Below, piece by piece: positions 1-9,043 of a stretch of DNA of 41,842 nucleotides. The translations under genes and the position numbers were made by a program. The stretch spans positions 1-41,842 of the forward strand of contig DAOVTE010000001.1 in NCBI GenBank assembly GCA_030627705.1, in the 5' to 3' direction. Source of the DNA: Bacteroidales bacterium. GTDB lineage: Bacteria > Bacteroidota > Bacteroidia > Bacteroidales > JAFGXI01. Each line of letters opens with the position of its first letter. Positions within the stretch are counted from its first letter, which is position 1. The notes below the pieces were generated by a model that was given only the letters and a program-made list of their open reading frames with translations, was not told where the DNA came from and searched no databases.

Positions 1-174
1 ATAAATAAGGCGATAGAATTAGATTCTCATAATTGTGAAAATTATGGTTTTAAAGGAGAGATATATTTATTGATAGGAGATGAAAATAATGCTTGCAAAT
101 GTTTTAAAGAAGCAATTAGAAACGATGGTGAACATTATTCAATTTATATAGAAGAATATTGTCAGGGTAATTAA
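1..174 (+). CDS. TPR-like repeat protein, C-terminal fragment (5' end lies outside the window)
   Basis: Frame 1 is open from base 1 to the TAA at 172-174. It translates to ...NKAIELDSHNCENYGFKGEIYLLIGDENNACKCFKEAIRNDGEHYSIYIEEYCQGN. The tail resembles the C-terminus of the TPR lipoprotein at 25999-26442. Confidence 0.5.
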   Translation: MNKAIELDSHNCENYGFKGEIYLLIGDENNACKCFKEAIRNDGEHYSIYIEEYCQGN

Positions 175-189
175 AATCCCTTTAACTCG

Positions 190-208
190 TCCGCGTTTGC
201 AACGCGGA
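190..208 (+). terminator. GC-rich hairpin downstream of the partial TPR gene (possible terminator)
   Basis: tccgcgtt-tgc-aacgcgga forms an 8-bp stem 16 nt after the stop codon. It is unusually GC-rich for this AT-rich DNA. The T-run is not immediately adjacent. Confidence 0.4.
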
Positions 209-292
209 TGTTAATGACTTTTTAGTATTTGTAATGCTAAAAAAATAAAATCATAACCTAGAATCAAATATAATTAGACTTACAAAGAATAT

Positions 293-826
293 TTACAATC
301 TCCACCCACTTTTAGCAAGCAAAATATTTTTGTAATCGAAATTATGCGAGTTATTTTCGAAGTTTATTGTTAAGTCTGCAATTTCTAGGTTTTTGTTTAC
401 GCTTGGTCTTTCGTTATTATAATCAGAAGATTTTATCATTATAAATAAATCTGGATTAATAATGTTCCTTACACCACCAGATTCAAAAATATAATTTGAG
501 TTTTTTGGTACTGCATCAATAATAATATTTAATGCTTGGGTTAAATATTTGTCTGTACATTGTACATAATAAACCTCCGATGCACCAGCTAGAAGCATTT
601 TAGAACTATCTTTATTTCTTGTTTTGTTTTCTTCTTTTACAATAACGAAGTTTTTGCTTTTAGAAATAATTATTTCATTATTGTTAAGTTTATGAAAGTG
701 AGGCGAAATCTTTACTGCAATAATATGTTTATCAGAATTTTGTTTAATTATACTGCAAATCAAAGTTGTTTTTCCAACATTTTGACCTGTTCCCGAAATT
801 ATTAATGAGTTTTTAAGTTTTAGCAT
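293..826 (-). CDS. MobB-like P-loop NTPase (product tentative)
   Basis: 177-aa ORF. It has the Walker A-like motif SGTGQNVGKTT, plus KISPHFHK and NKDSSKMLLAGASEV, which resemble the MobB motifs KHxHH and GKDS..AGA. Confidence 0.5.
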   Translation of the reverse strand: MLKLKNSLIISGTGQNVGKTTLICSIIKQNSDKHIIAVKISPHFHKLNNNEIIISKSKNFVIVKEENKTRNKDSSKMLLAGASEVYYVQCTDKYLTQALNIIIDAVPKNSNYIFESGGVRNIINPDLFIMIKSSDYNNERPSVNKNLEIADLTINFENNSHNFDYKNILLAKSGWRL

Positions 827-870
827 GCTGTAAATTTATAAATTATTTACAGGAAATTATATTTGATAAT

Positions 871-904
871 AAAAAAATGGCGATTAATACTATTAATCGC
901 CATT
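871..904 (-). terminator. Rho-independent terminator after the DUF2892-like gene
   Basis: Perfect 13-bp palindrome arms atggcgattaata / tattaatcgccat. On the minus strand the hairpin is followed by a run of 7 T (complement of 871-877). Confidence 0.7.
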
Positions 905-923
905 TACAAGTTTGAATAATCTA

Positions 924-1136
924 TTATTTTTTGTTTTTTAGCGGACAGGTGCTTAATCCCAATATTGAGTAAATAGGACAAATGCTTAATAAACTTGTTA
1001 ATACAAAAACTGCAGATAATACTAATAAAATTATTCCAATAGTTCCTGTAATTATATCTGTATAGAACAGTGTGCCAACTATTAAAGCAATTACTATTCT
1101 TATTGCTTTATCGATATTTCCCATGTTTTTTTTCAT
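924..1136 (-). CDS. DUF2892 (YgaP C-terminal-like) small membrane protein
   Basis: 70 aa with two hydrophobic helices. It has an N-terminal GNIDKAIRIVIA and a C-terminal ICPIYSILGLSTCP motif typical of DUF2892. Confidence 0.7.
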   Translation of the reverse strand: MKKNMGNIDKAIRIVIALIVGTLFYTDIITGTIGIILLVLSAVFVLTSLLSICPIYSILGLSTCPLKNKK

Positions 1137-1203
1137 AATATTTTTTTTAATAATTGTTTCTGTTAATTATAAAGCAAAGATATGTATGCGAAATATTTTT
1201 GGC

Positions 1204-1219
1204 AGTGACTAGAGTCACA
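1204..1219. promoter_or_regulatory. CRP/FNR-type palindromic operator candidate
   Basis: aGTGA-ctagag-TCACa matches TGTGA-N6-TCACA at 9 of 10 half-site positions. It lies just after the Crp/Fnr-family gene stop and about 75 nt upstream of the DUF2892 start codon. Confidence 0.4.
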
Positions 1220-1220
1220 A

Positions 1221-1835
1221 CTACAATACTTTTATGCTATTTCCTAATTGTTCAACTTTATTTTCGTTTTCAAGTTTCTTCATTACACGGCTAATAACTT
1301 CTCTTGCTGTTCCTAAATCGTTAGCAATTTGTCTATGAGATATTTTTAAAATCTGCGTGTTTGTTAATTCTACCTTTTTTGTTAGATAATCGAACAAACG
1401 TTTATCCATCTTATTAAAGAGTACTTGACTAATTGTGTCTAGCAAGTCGGTGTATCTTAAATTGTATAACTTAAAGAATAAAAAGCTAAACTCGGGGTAT
1501 TCTTTTATCCAATGGTTAACCTTTTCTGTGGGAATAAGAAGTGCGGTGGTGTCTTCTTCTGTTAAAGCATGGATCTTACTAGGCTCATTGTTTATGCCAG
1601 ATGTGAAAGACATTATGCAGCTTTCGTTAGGCTTAATATAATATAGTAAGAGCTCTTTTTCGTCGAACCTAGAGAATACTTTAATTAACCCAGTTATTAC
1701 AATAGGAATAACTTTTACATATTGTCCTTCTCTTAATATTTCTGTATTTTTCGGGATTTCTTTGCGTATAGAAAGTTTTAATATCTCATCTACTAATTGT
1801 TTAGGTAGTTTCTCAAATGCTTTAATATCTGTCAT
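1221..1835 (-). CDS. Crp/Fnr family transcriptional regulator
   Basis: 204 aa. The N-terminal part is cNMP-binding-like and the C-terminus carries the HTH SHRQIANDLGTAREVISRVMKKLENE. Confidence 0.85.
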   Translation of the reverse strand: MTDIKAFEKLPKQLVDEILKLSIRKEIPKNTEILREGQYVKVIPIVITGLIKVFSRFDEKELLLYYIKPNESCIMSFTSGINNEPSKIHALTEEDTTALLIPTEKVNHWIKEYPEFSFLFFKLYNLRYTDLLDTISQVLFNKMDKRLFDYLTKKVELTNTQILKISHRQIANDLGTAREVISRVMKKLENENKVEQLGNSIKVL

Positions 1836-1854
1836 GTAATTTAAGAATAAAGTT

Positions 1855-2559
1855 TTATCTTCCTAAAAGAAAAATAGTATTTCGTTTACCAATATTTGGT
1901 AAAACATTTTTCCACTGTGCAATTGTTTTAGTTACAATAAATTCGTTTTCTAGACTTATATCTGTTGCAATGCAAAGTTTTGTGTTTTGGTTACAATTCT
2001 TTACAATATCCTCTAACAAATAGTTGTTTCGGTAGGGAGTTTCTATAAAAATTTGTGTTTGATTTTCTCTAAATAACTTATTTTCTAGTTCTTTTATTCT
2101 TTTAATTCGATCTGATTTGTTAACAGGAATATAACCAACGAATGCAAAGTTTTGTCCGTTAAAACCAGACGCCATAATAGAAAGTAAAATTGAAGATGGA
2201 CCAACTAAAGGAATAACTTGTATGTTCTTTTTATGAGCTAGTTCTACAATGCTACTTCCTGGATCAGCAACAGCGGGGCAACCTGATTCAGAAATTATTC
2301 CAATATTGTTTTGTGCAATAGGCTTTAAAAACTCACTAAGCTCTTGCGGCTTTGTGCGTTTGTCTAGCACGAAAAATGTAAGTTCGTCTATATTTATGCT
2401 TCGTTCAACTTTCTTTAGGTATCGTCGTGTTGTTCTTATGTTCTCAACAATAAAATATTTTGTGTTTATTATTATTTGCTTAACATTTTCTGGAATTACA
2501 TTATTAATTTCAGTGTCGCCTAAAGTTGTTGGAATTAAATATAGTTTACCTTGTGCCAT
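1855..2559 (-). CDS. Tetrapyrrole-methylase-fold SAM-dependent methyltransferase (RsmI-like)
   Basis: 234 aa. The N-terminus LYLIPTTLGD and the motif SESGCPAVADPGS are characteristic of the RsmI/TP-methylase family. Confidence 0.75.
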   Translation of the reverse strand: MAQGKLYLIPTTLGDTEINNVIPENVKQIIINTKYFIVENIRTTRRYLKKVERSINIDELTFFVLDKRTKPQELSEFLKPIAQNNIGIISESGCPAVADPGSSIVELAHKKNIQVIPLVGPSSILLSIMASGFNGQNFAFVGYIPVNKSDRIKRIKELENKLFRENQTQIFIETPYRNNYLLEDIVKNCNQNTKLCIATDISLENEFIVTKTIAQWKNVLPNIGKRNTIFLLGR

Positions 2560-2604
2560 TGTTGTATAAAAGTTTTTAGAGTAGAAAGTACAAAGTTATT
2601 GTTT
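2446..2604. repeat. Copy A of a ~159-bp dispersed repeat (5' end plus upstream region of the methylase gene)
   Basis: Hand alignment to 25766-25924 is collinear with no indels and about 20 substitutions. Confidence 0.85.
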
Positions 2605-2855
2605 ATTGAGTTAAAAGTTAAAGGTTAACGGATAAAAGACTAAAGAAATTTTAAGAATATAACGTTTTCCTTCAAAATATCCTTCAGTTTTTAAATTTCA
2701 TCTATATATTGAACGGCCTGTATAAAATTTAGATATTTTACTGATGAGCAAATCTTTAAATTAATATAGCATATTTGCTACGTAATTTATCATAGAGATT
2801 CTTTTTTATTATAAAGCAAAATACTATATTTATCAAAAATATTAAATTTCATGTT

Positions 2856-3419
2856 ATGAATGAGGAATTAGAAATGTTATTCGATATTGCTAAAGAAAAA
2901 ATGAACAATACAATTGAGCATTTAGAAGTAGAATTATCAAGTATAAGAGCAGGTAAGGCCGATCCTACAATGTTAAAAGGATTAACTGTTGATTACTACG
3001 GAAGTGTTACTGATATTTTTCAAGTAGCAAATATTAATACTCCTGATCCTAGAACAATTGCTATTCAACCATGGGAGAAAGCAATGATACAACCTATAGA
3101 AAAGGCTATTTTAAATGCTAATTTGGGGTTTAATCCAGATAATAATGGAGAAATAATAAGAATAAATATTCCTATTTTAACAGAGGAGCGCAGATTGAAT
3201 CTAGTAAAACAAGCAAAATCAGAGGGGGAAAACGCTAAGGTAAGTGTAAGAAATGCAAGGCGAGAATCGAACGATGAGCTTAAAAAGATGAAGAAGGATG
3301 GATTGTCTGAAGATTTGGAGAAAGATGCAGAATCGGAAGTGCAAAAACTTACAGATGATTACATTAGTAAAATAGATACATTACTAACAGCAAAGGAAGA
3401 GGATATATTAAAAATATAG
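2856..3419 (+). CDS. frr: Ribosome recycling factor
   Basis: 187 aa. Full-length resemblance to Frr (LSSIRAGKADPTMLKGLTVDYYGS, ILTEERR, VRNARR). Confidence 0.95.
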   Translation: MNEELEMLFDIAKEKMNNTIEHLEVELSSIRAGKADPTMLKGLTVDYYGSVTDIFQVANINTPDPRTIAIQPWEKAMIQPIEKAILNANLGFNPDNNGEIIRINIPILTEERRLNLVKQAKSEGENAKVSVRNARRESNDELKKMKKDGLSEDLEKDAESEVQKLTDDYISKIDTLLTAKEEDILKI

Positions 3420-3486
3420 TATTTCAGAGCTGTTCTGATAATACAAAGTTCGCTCTATTTATTATTAAAAAAAATTACAAAAAAAA

Positions 3487-3508
3487 GGATGTCTATTATT
3501 AGACATCC
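3487..3508. terminator. Bidirectional Rho-independent terminator between convergent genes
   Basis: ggatgtct-attatt-agacatcc hairpin, flanked by an A-run on the left and a T-run on the right. It lies between frr (+) and the lipoprotein gene (-). Confidence 0.75.
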
Positions 3509-3531
3509 TTTTTTTTAATACGAGTTATTAT

Positions 3532-4308
3532 TTAATTTTGAGTTAATGTCATTGTTCTGTATCCTTTATGACTAATTGTAGTACCTGCTGTATCAGTTTT
3601 ACTAACGTCTAAGAAATTAACATCTTGATAAATAATTGTTTCTTTATTTTTAAGTTGGTCTATTTCCCATACTTCAGCTCTTTCTCCATTAGCATATTTG
3701 TTTTCTGATAATACAATTCCTGGAACATTTACAGTGTAAATTCTATTGTCATCATCATCATCAACATATCTTAATAAGATAGAGTTTAAGCTTGTATTAT
3801 AAGTTTCCCAAACCAGCGAGATTCTTTCTTTATTTTTATAGTCATCAATACCAGACATAAAATTCCAAGTGCCTAAAGCTCTGGTTTTATAAATTCTTGT
3901 TCTTTTAGAGGTAGTTGTATATCCTGTATTATCATTGGTGCCAGAACTATCTTTTACAAGCGTATAGTCAAGAATAAGTTCTACTGACCCATCTTTATCA
4001 AACTTATAATAAGCTTCATTAACATTTCCGCTTGTTGTAACTGAAGTATCGTGTACTGTGTTTTCACTTTTAATAATTTCTTTAACTTTATTTAAAGTTA
4101 AAGTAAAATCTTCAATAGATTTCTCACCATTATCGTGTACTGTAGATATCTCTGACTTGTAACTTGAAATGTCCCAATCACCAACTATTCTAGCTTTTCT
4201 AGTGTGAATTGAAAAAAATGGATCGTCCTCTCCTTTTGCACAACCATAAAAGGATACAACATTTAAAACTACTGTTGCAAGGACAAGAATACTTAATGCT
4301 TTTTTCAT
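3532..4308 (-). CDS. Hypothetical lipoprotein
   Basis: 258 aa. Signal peptide with lipobox-like SFYGC. No recognisable catalytic motif. Contains a DDDDD run. Confidence 0.65.
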   Translation of the reverse strand: MKKALSILVLATVVLNVVSFYGCAKGEDDPFFSIHTRKARIVGDWDISSYKSEISTVHDNGEKSIEDFTLTLNKVKEIIKSENTVHDTSVTTSGNVNEAYYKFDKDGSVELILDYTLVKDSSGTNDNTGYTTTSKRTRIYKTRALGTWNFMSGIDDYKNKERISLVWETYNTSLNSILLRYVDDDDDNRIYTVNVPGIVLSENKYANGERAEVWEIDQLKNKETIIYQDVNFLDVSKTDTAGTTISHKGYRTMTLTQN

Positions 4309-4465
4309 GTTTAATTGATTTATATTTTATGTAAAATTATTCTTTACTACTGTTAAAACAAACAAAAGTATATAAAAAAACGCTTTTTACTATTATTTAG
4401 TATATTTTTTTTACTTTTATGTCGAAAATAAACTCATAACACATAAAGTTTTTTACAGTAAAGCT

Positions 4466-4948
4466 ATGGAAATTCAAAATTATGATAATTTAGTTAAGTA
4501 TAGGGTATATACGATTATAGGTTTAGTTATATTTATTACACTTTATACATTGTCTGTTCTAGAAATTTTTACAAAAAATATTTACAACATGCCTGCTCTT
4601 AATTACGTGCTAATAGTAAGTGTGTTAATGATAGGAATTCTCATTTACACATTGTATTTGAATGTTTCTTTCTTCTATTTTAATGATGATGAAGAAAAAC
4701 TTAAATTTAAGTATTTTAGTCTAAAGATATTTAGCTCAAAAAGAAAAGCTATTGAAATAGAAAAAACAAGTTTATATAAATTTGAAATACAGAAACTTCT
4801 TGGTGGAAAAAAGATTAACCTTTTATTATATGCAAGAACAAAAAAAGGAATTGCAAAGTATCCGTCTATAAGCCTCACTTATGTGAGCAAACCTGATATC
4901 AGCAAACTTGTTGAGGCATTAAATATGTACTCAATAAAAAAAGATTAA
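4466..4948 (+). CDS. Hypothetical membrane protein
   Basis: 160 aa. Two N-terminal hydrophobic helices followed by a basic soluble tail. No family recognised. Confidence 0.55.
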   Translation: MEIQNYDNLVKYRVYTIIGLVIFITLYTLSVLEIFTKNIYNMPALNYVLIVSVLMIGILIYTLYLNVSFFYFNDDEEKLKFKYFSLKIFSSKRKAIEIEKTSLYKFEIQKLLGGKKINLLLYARTKKGIAKYPSISLTYVSKPDISKLVEALNMYSIKKD

Positions 4949-4989
4949 ATTTATTTTCCTGTTTAATATACATAATTATTTTTTTGAAT

Positions 4990-4997
4990 TAGTTTTG
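4990..4997 (+). promoter_or_regulatory. Bacteroidota -7 promoter motif candidate (TAnnTTTG) upstream of dprA
   Basis: TAGTTTTG, with 20 nt between the motif and the dprA ATG. Confidence 0.3.
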
Positions 4998-5017
4998 TAG
5001 GCTGTAAAAAAAACAAA

Positions 5018-6130
5018 ATGTATTCTGAGGAAATTCTATATAAACTTTCGTTAAATTTTATACAAGGTATAGGTTCTGTTAATGCAAAAAAATTAATTGC
5101 ATACACAGGAGGAATCGAAGCTTTGTTTAAAGAAAAGGTTAGTACTCTTGCTAAAATTCCTGGTTTTAAGAATTCTGTAAAAGTTTTTGCCGATAAATCT
5201 TCTTACCTTAAAAAAGCAGAGAAGGAATTAGAATACATTAATACTAATAAAATAAAACTTACTTTTTATTTAGATGATGACTTTCCTCACAGATTAAATA
5301 ATTGCTATGATTCTCCATTAATGCTTTTCTCTAAAGGAGATATCGACTTTAACAGGAAAAAAGTAATAAGCATTGTAGGCACTCGCAATATTACAGATTA
5401 CGGAAAAGTTGTTTGCAACAAACTTGTTAAAGACTTAAAAAGTCAAAATCACGATTTTATTATAGTAAGTGGTTTAGCTTATGGTGTTGATGTTTGCTCA
5501 CATAAAGCAGCTTTAGAGAATAATATAGAAACTATTGCTGTTTTAGGTACGGGTCTAAATATTATTTATCCCGCAGCGCATAAAAATATTTCTAACGAAA
5601 TAATAAATAAAGGAGCTTTAGTTACTGAATTTACGTCGCAATCTAAAAATGATAAAAGCAATTTTGCAAAAAGAAACAGAATTGTAGCAGGTATTTCAGA
5701 TGCAACAGTAGTTATAGAATCTGCAAAAAAAGGAGGTTCTCTAATTACTGCCGATATAGCAAACTCATATAATAGAGATGTTTTTGCATTTTCTGGAAGA
5801 ATTGGCGACAAATACTCTGAGGGCTGCAATAGATTAATAAAATCTAATAAAGCTGTTCTTATCGAAGACTATAAAGATATAGAATACATATTAGGTTGGG
5901 AAACCAAAACTGTAGCACAAAAGCAGGGGGTTCAAAAAGAATTATTTGTTGAACTTACAGAAAAAGAAAAAATTATAATTAATTACCTAAAATCAGGAAA
6001 CAATAATACAATAGATAGAATTAGTATAGGCGTGAAAATGCCAACAAGTAAAGTTTTAGTTGAATTACTAAACCTAGAGTTTAAAGGTATTGTAAAACCA
6101 TTGCCCGGTAATGTATATAAATTAAACTAA
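5018..6130 (+). CDS. dprA: DNA processing protein DprA/Smf
   Basis: 370 aa. DprA Rossmann-fold motifs are present: GTRNITDYG, SGLAYGVDVCSHKAAL, NFAKRNRIVAG and GGSLITADIA. Confidence 0.9.
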   Translation: MYSEEILYKLSLNFIQGIGSVNAKKLIAYTGGIEALFKEKVSTLAKIPGFKNSVKVFADKSSYLKKAEKELEYINTNKIKLTFYLDDDFPHRLNNCYDSPLMLFSKGDIDFNRKKVISIVGTRNITDYGKVVCNKLVKDLKSQNHDFIIVSGLAYGVDVCSHKAALENNIETIAVLGTGLNIIYPAAHKNISNEIINKGALVTEFTSQSKNDKSNFAKRNRIVAGISDATVVIESAKKGGSLITADIANSYNRDVFAFSGRIGDKYSEGCNRLIKSNKAVLIEDYKDIEYILGWETKTVAQKQGVQKELFVELTEKEKIIINYLKSGNNNTIDRISIGVKMPTSKVLVELLNLEFKGIVKPLPGNVYKLN

Positions 6131-6144
6131 TCAAAATAAACACA

Positions 6145-6915
6145 ATGAAATTAGTAGATACACACGCACATTTATATTTAGATAATTTTGATAAAGATAG
6201 ACATGATGTTATAGAAAAAGCTATTTATTCTAATGTAGAAAAAATTATGCTTCCGAATATCGATAGCACTACAATAGAAGATATGCTTAAATTATCGAAA
6301 AGGCACCCAAATCATTTTTTTCCAATGATTGGTATACACCCAACATCAGTAGAAGATGATTTCGAAAAAGAAATAAAAATTGTAGAAGAATACTTATCTA
6401 AAGAAAAATTCTATGCTATTGGAGAAATTGGTATAGATATGTATTGGGATAAAACATTTGAAGATGAGCAAAAACAAGCTTTTAGAGCTCAAATAGATAT
6501 AGCAAAAAAACACAATTTGCCAATTGTAATACATTCGCGCGATGCTTTTGATATTATTTACGAAATATTATTAGAAAAAAACGATGCTAATTTAAATGGA
6601 GTTTTTCATTGTTTTACAGGCACATTAGAGCAAGCCAATAAAATAACAGAAATGGGATTCAAATTAGGCATAGGCGGAATAGTTACCTTTAAAAATGCTG
6701 ATTTAGCAAAGGTTGTAGAGCAAATAGATCTTCATAATATTGTTCTAGAAACAGATTCTCCATATTTAGCTCCAGACCCAAAACGAGGACAAAGAAATCA
6801 AAGTTCGTATCTTAATTATATAGCAAAAAAAGTTGCTGTAATAAAGGGGGTTAGCATTAAAGAAATAGCAGAAATTACAACAAAAAACGCTTACGATATT
6901 TTTAAAATAATCTAA
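6145..6915 (+). CDS. tatD: TatD family metal-dependent hydrolase
   Basis: 256 aa. N-terminal DTHAHL, plus IGEIGID, VIHSRDA and ETDSPYL motifs. Confidence 0.9.
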   Translation: MKLVDTHAHLYLDNFDKDRHDVIEKAIYSNVEKIMLPNIDSTTIEDMLKLSKRHPNHFFPMIGIHPTSVEDDFEKEIKIVEEYLSKEKFYAIGEIGIDMYWDKTFEDEQKQAFRAQIDIAKKHNLPIVIHSRDAFDIIYEILLEKNDANLNGVFHCFTGTLEQANKITEMGFKLGIGGIVTFKNADLAKVVEQIDLHNIVLETDSPYLAPDPKRGQRNQSSYLNYIAKKVAVIKGVSIKEIAEITTKNAYDIFKII

Positions 6916-7943
6916 TGGATAAAAAGATATTGTTAATATATACAGGCGGAACCATCGGGATGATATACGATAACGAAACAGACTCGTTAGTTCCGTTCGA
7001 TTTTGACCAAATAGTAGAGCAAGTTCCAGAATTAAATAAATTTGATGTTAAAATAGACACAATTGCTTGCGATAAAATCCTAGATTCATCTGATATTGAT
7101 ACTGAACTATGGGTGCGTTTAGCAAAAATTATTAAAGAAAAGTATTACGATTACTACGGTTTTGTAATTCTGCACGGAACCGATACTATGGCTTACACTG
7201 CATCTGCACTAAGCTTTATGTTTAAAAACTTGAGCAAACCAGTAATATTAACAGGCTCGCAATTACCAATTGGAACATTACGAACCGATGGTAAAGAAAA
7301 TCTAATTTCGGCAATAGAAATTGCAGCCGACGAAAAAAACAATAAACCAATTGTAAACGAAGTTTGTATTTATTTCGAAAATAGATTACTTAGAGGAAAC
7401 CGAACAACAAAGCATAGTGCAAAATATTTCGATGCTTTTGCATCGCCAAACTACGATAACCTTGCAAATGCAGGAATAAATATAAATTACGATTTTCCTG
7501 TAATTAGAAAACTTAACAAAGAAAAAGAACTCCAGATTTTTACAGACTTGTGTAATGATGTAGTAATACTAAAAATATTTCCAGGAATACAAAAATCATA
7601 TTTAAATGCAATATTAAATATTCCTAATCTAAAAGGAGTTGTTTTAGAAACCTATGGCTCTGGAAATGCGCCAACCAAAACGTGGTTTGTAAACGAAATT
7701 AAATCTGTAATAGACAAAGGTATTGTTGTGCTAAATGTATCGCAGTGTAGTCAAGGAACCGTTGATATGAGTAAGTATAAAACAGGCAGAGCATTACAAA
7801 AAATAGGCGTTATTTCTGGATACGATATTACGACAGAAGCAGCAATTACAAAACTGATGTATCTTTTTGGCAGGAAATTTGCTGTGAGCGACATAGAAAG
7901 TAAATTAAAAAAATCGCTTAGAGGAGAAATAAATATTGATTAG
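6915..7943 (+). CDS. ansA: Type I L-asparaginase
   Basis: 342 aa. Asparaginase signatures IYTGGTIGM and HGTDTMAYT. The start overlaps the tatD stop. Confidence 0.88.
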   Translation: MDKKILLIYTGGTIGMIYDNETDSLVPFDFDQIVEQVPELNKFDVKIDTIACDKILDSSDIDTELWVRLAKIIKEKYYDYYGFVILHGTDTMAYTASALSFMFKNLSKPVILTGSQLPIGTLRTDGKENLISAIEIAADEKNNKPIVNEVCIYFENRLLRGNRTTKHSAKYFDAFASPNYDNLANAGININYDFPVIRKLNKEKELQIFTDLCNDVVILKIFPGIQKSYLNAILNIPNLKGVVLETYGSGNAPTKTWFVNEIKSVIDKGIVVLNVSQCSQGTVDMSKYKTGRALQKIGVISGYDITTEAAITKLMYLFGRKFAVSDIESKLKKSLRGEINID

Positions 7944-8003
7944 TTTTTTTTAAAACGCAATATTTTTTAGTACTTTGGCTGCTTCGAAAAAAGAAGTTGA
8001 GAA

Positions 8004-8090
8004 GGAGAGGTGGCCGAGTGGCTTAAGGCGCACGCTTGGAAAGCGTGTTTATGGGTGACTATAACGTGGGTTCGAATCCCTCTCTCTCCG
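8004..8090 (+). tRNA. tRNA-Ser (anticodon GGA)
   Basis: Hand-folded cloverleaf. The acceptor pairs GGAGAGG with TCTCTCC, including one G-U pair. The anticodon stem is CACGC/GCGTG with loop TTGGAAA. There is a long variable arm and a T-loop TTCGAAT. CCA is not encoded. Confidence 0.9.
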
Positions 8091-8153
8091 CTGATAAATA
8101 AGTAATTAAATAAAAAATAAATATAAATTAATATCTAATCTTAAAACATAATC

Positions 8154-9038
8154 ATGAAAAAACTATTTGCACTAATTGCTGTATTTGGAATGCTTACTTA
8201 CGGAGCATCTAATGTTGCTGTAGCACAAGACGAAGCTACAGAAACAACAGTTGTAGAAAATGAAGGCGCAGCTGCTGAAGGTGTGGCAGAAGAAGCTGAA
8301 ACTACTGAAGACGCAGTAGCAGAAGAAGCGGTAACCGAAGAAGTTGAAACTCCTGCAGAAGAAGTTGCTACCGAAGAAGAAATTGCCGAAATCATTGAGA
8401 CACCAGGAATGCACCAACAAATTAAACAAAAATTTATTGAAGGTGGAGCTGGATTTATGAGTACAGTTTTATTAGCATTAGTTCTAGGTTTAGCATTAGC
8501 TATAGAAAGAATTATTTATCTTAATTTAGCTTCTACAAACACAGAAAAATTACTTACTAGCGTAGAAGACGCACTTAACTCAGGTGGTGTAGATGCTGCA
8601 AAAGAAGTATGTAGAAACACTAAAGGGCCTGTGGCGAGTATCTTCTATCAAGGATTAGATAGATCGGACCAAGGAATAGAGATTGTAGAGAAATCTGTAA
8701 TTTCATATGGTAGTGTGCAAATGGGACTTTTAGAAAAAGGCTTAACTTGGATATCATTATTTATTGCACTTGCTCCTATGTTAGGATTTATGGGTACAGT
8801 AATTGGTATGATTGGTGCGTTTGATTCTATTGAGGCTGCTGGTGATATTTCTCCAACACTTGTTGCTGGTGGTATTAAAGTTGCTTTAATTACAACAGTA
8901 TCTGGTCTTATTGTAGCTATGATATTACAAGTATTCTATAACTATATAGTTTCAAAAATTGACAGTATTGTTAATGATATGGAAGACGCTTCTATTTCTT
9001 TAATTGATATTTTAACAAAATATAACCTTAAAAAATAA
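8154..9038 (+). CDS. exbB: MotA/TolQ/ExbB proton-channel family protein with an acidic N-terminal extension
   Basis: 294 aa. A signal-like N-terminus is followed by a Glu/Ala/Thr-rich stretch. The C-terminal half has three TM helices including LAPMLGFMGTVIGMI. Confidence 0.88.
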   Translation: MKKLFALIAVFGMLTYGASNVAVAQDEATETTVVENEGAAAEGVAEEAETTEDAVAEEAVTEEVETPAEEVATEEEIAEIIETPGMHQQIKQKFIEGGAGFMSTVLLALVLGLALAIERIIYLNLASTNTEKLLTSVEDALNSGGVDAAKEVCRNTKGPVASIFYQGLDRSDQGIEIVEKSVISYGSVQMGLLEKGLTWISLFIALAPMLGFMGTVIGMIGAFDSIEAAGDISPTLVAGGIKVALITTVSGLIVAMILQVFYNYIVSKIDSIVNDMEDASISLIDILTKYNLKK

Positions 9039-9043
9039 TTAAT

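Noticed and set aside
1435-1641. Short ORFs nested antisense inside longer, well-supported genes: 1435-1641, 2249-2569, 4675-4878, 5566-5829, 9160-9348, 9413-9685, 12238-12462, 15234-15464, 15682-15876, 17064-17261, 21988-22185, 22363-22545, 22898-23089, 26776-27051, 27079-27285, 28890-29075, 31298-31522, 33071-33355, 33307-33519, 34101-34373, 34709-34990, 36241-36483, 40657-40845 and 41053-41262
   Set aside because: Each overlaps a longer ORF with clear family motifs. Their translations are low-complexity or hydrophobic noise, as expected from AT-rich DNA.
8004-8090. tRNA-Ser as an integration site for a genomic island
   Set aside because: No integrase, no direct repeat of the tRNA 3' end and no accessory genes are adjacent. 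The downstream genes are a conserved exbBD cluster.
8220-8400. Repetitive gaagaagc/gcagaaga DNA, considered as a tandem repeat or CRISPR-like array
   Set aside because: It is in frame within exbB and encodes an irregular acidic E/A/T-rich linker. There are no regular repeat-spacer units. No CRISPR array exists anywhere in the window.
8172-8429. Two minus-strand ORFs (8172-8429 and 8198-8395) with Ser/Ala/Phe/Cys-rich translations
   Set aside because: They lie entirely antisense to the GAA/GCA-rich acidic N-terminal region of exbB. Their low-complexity translations mirror that repeat, so they are not genes.
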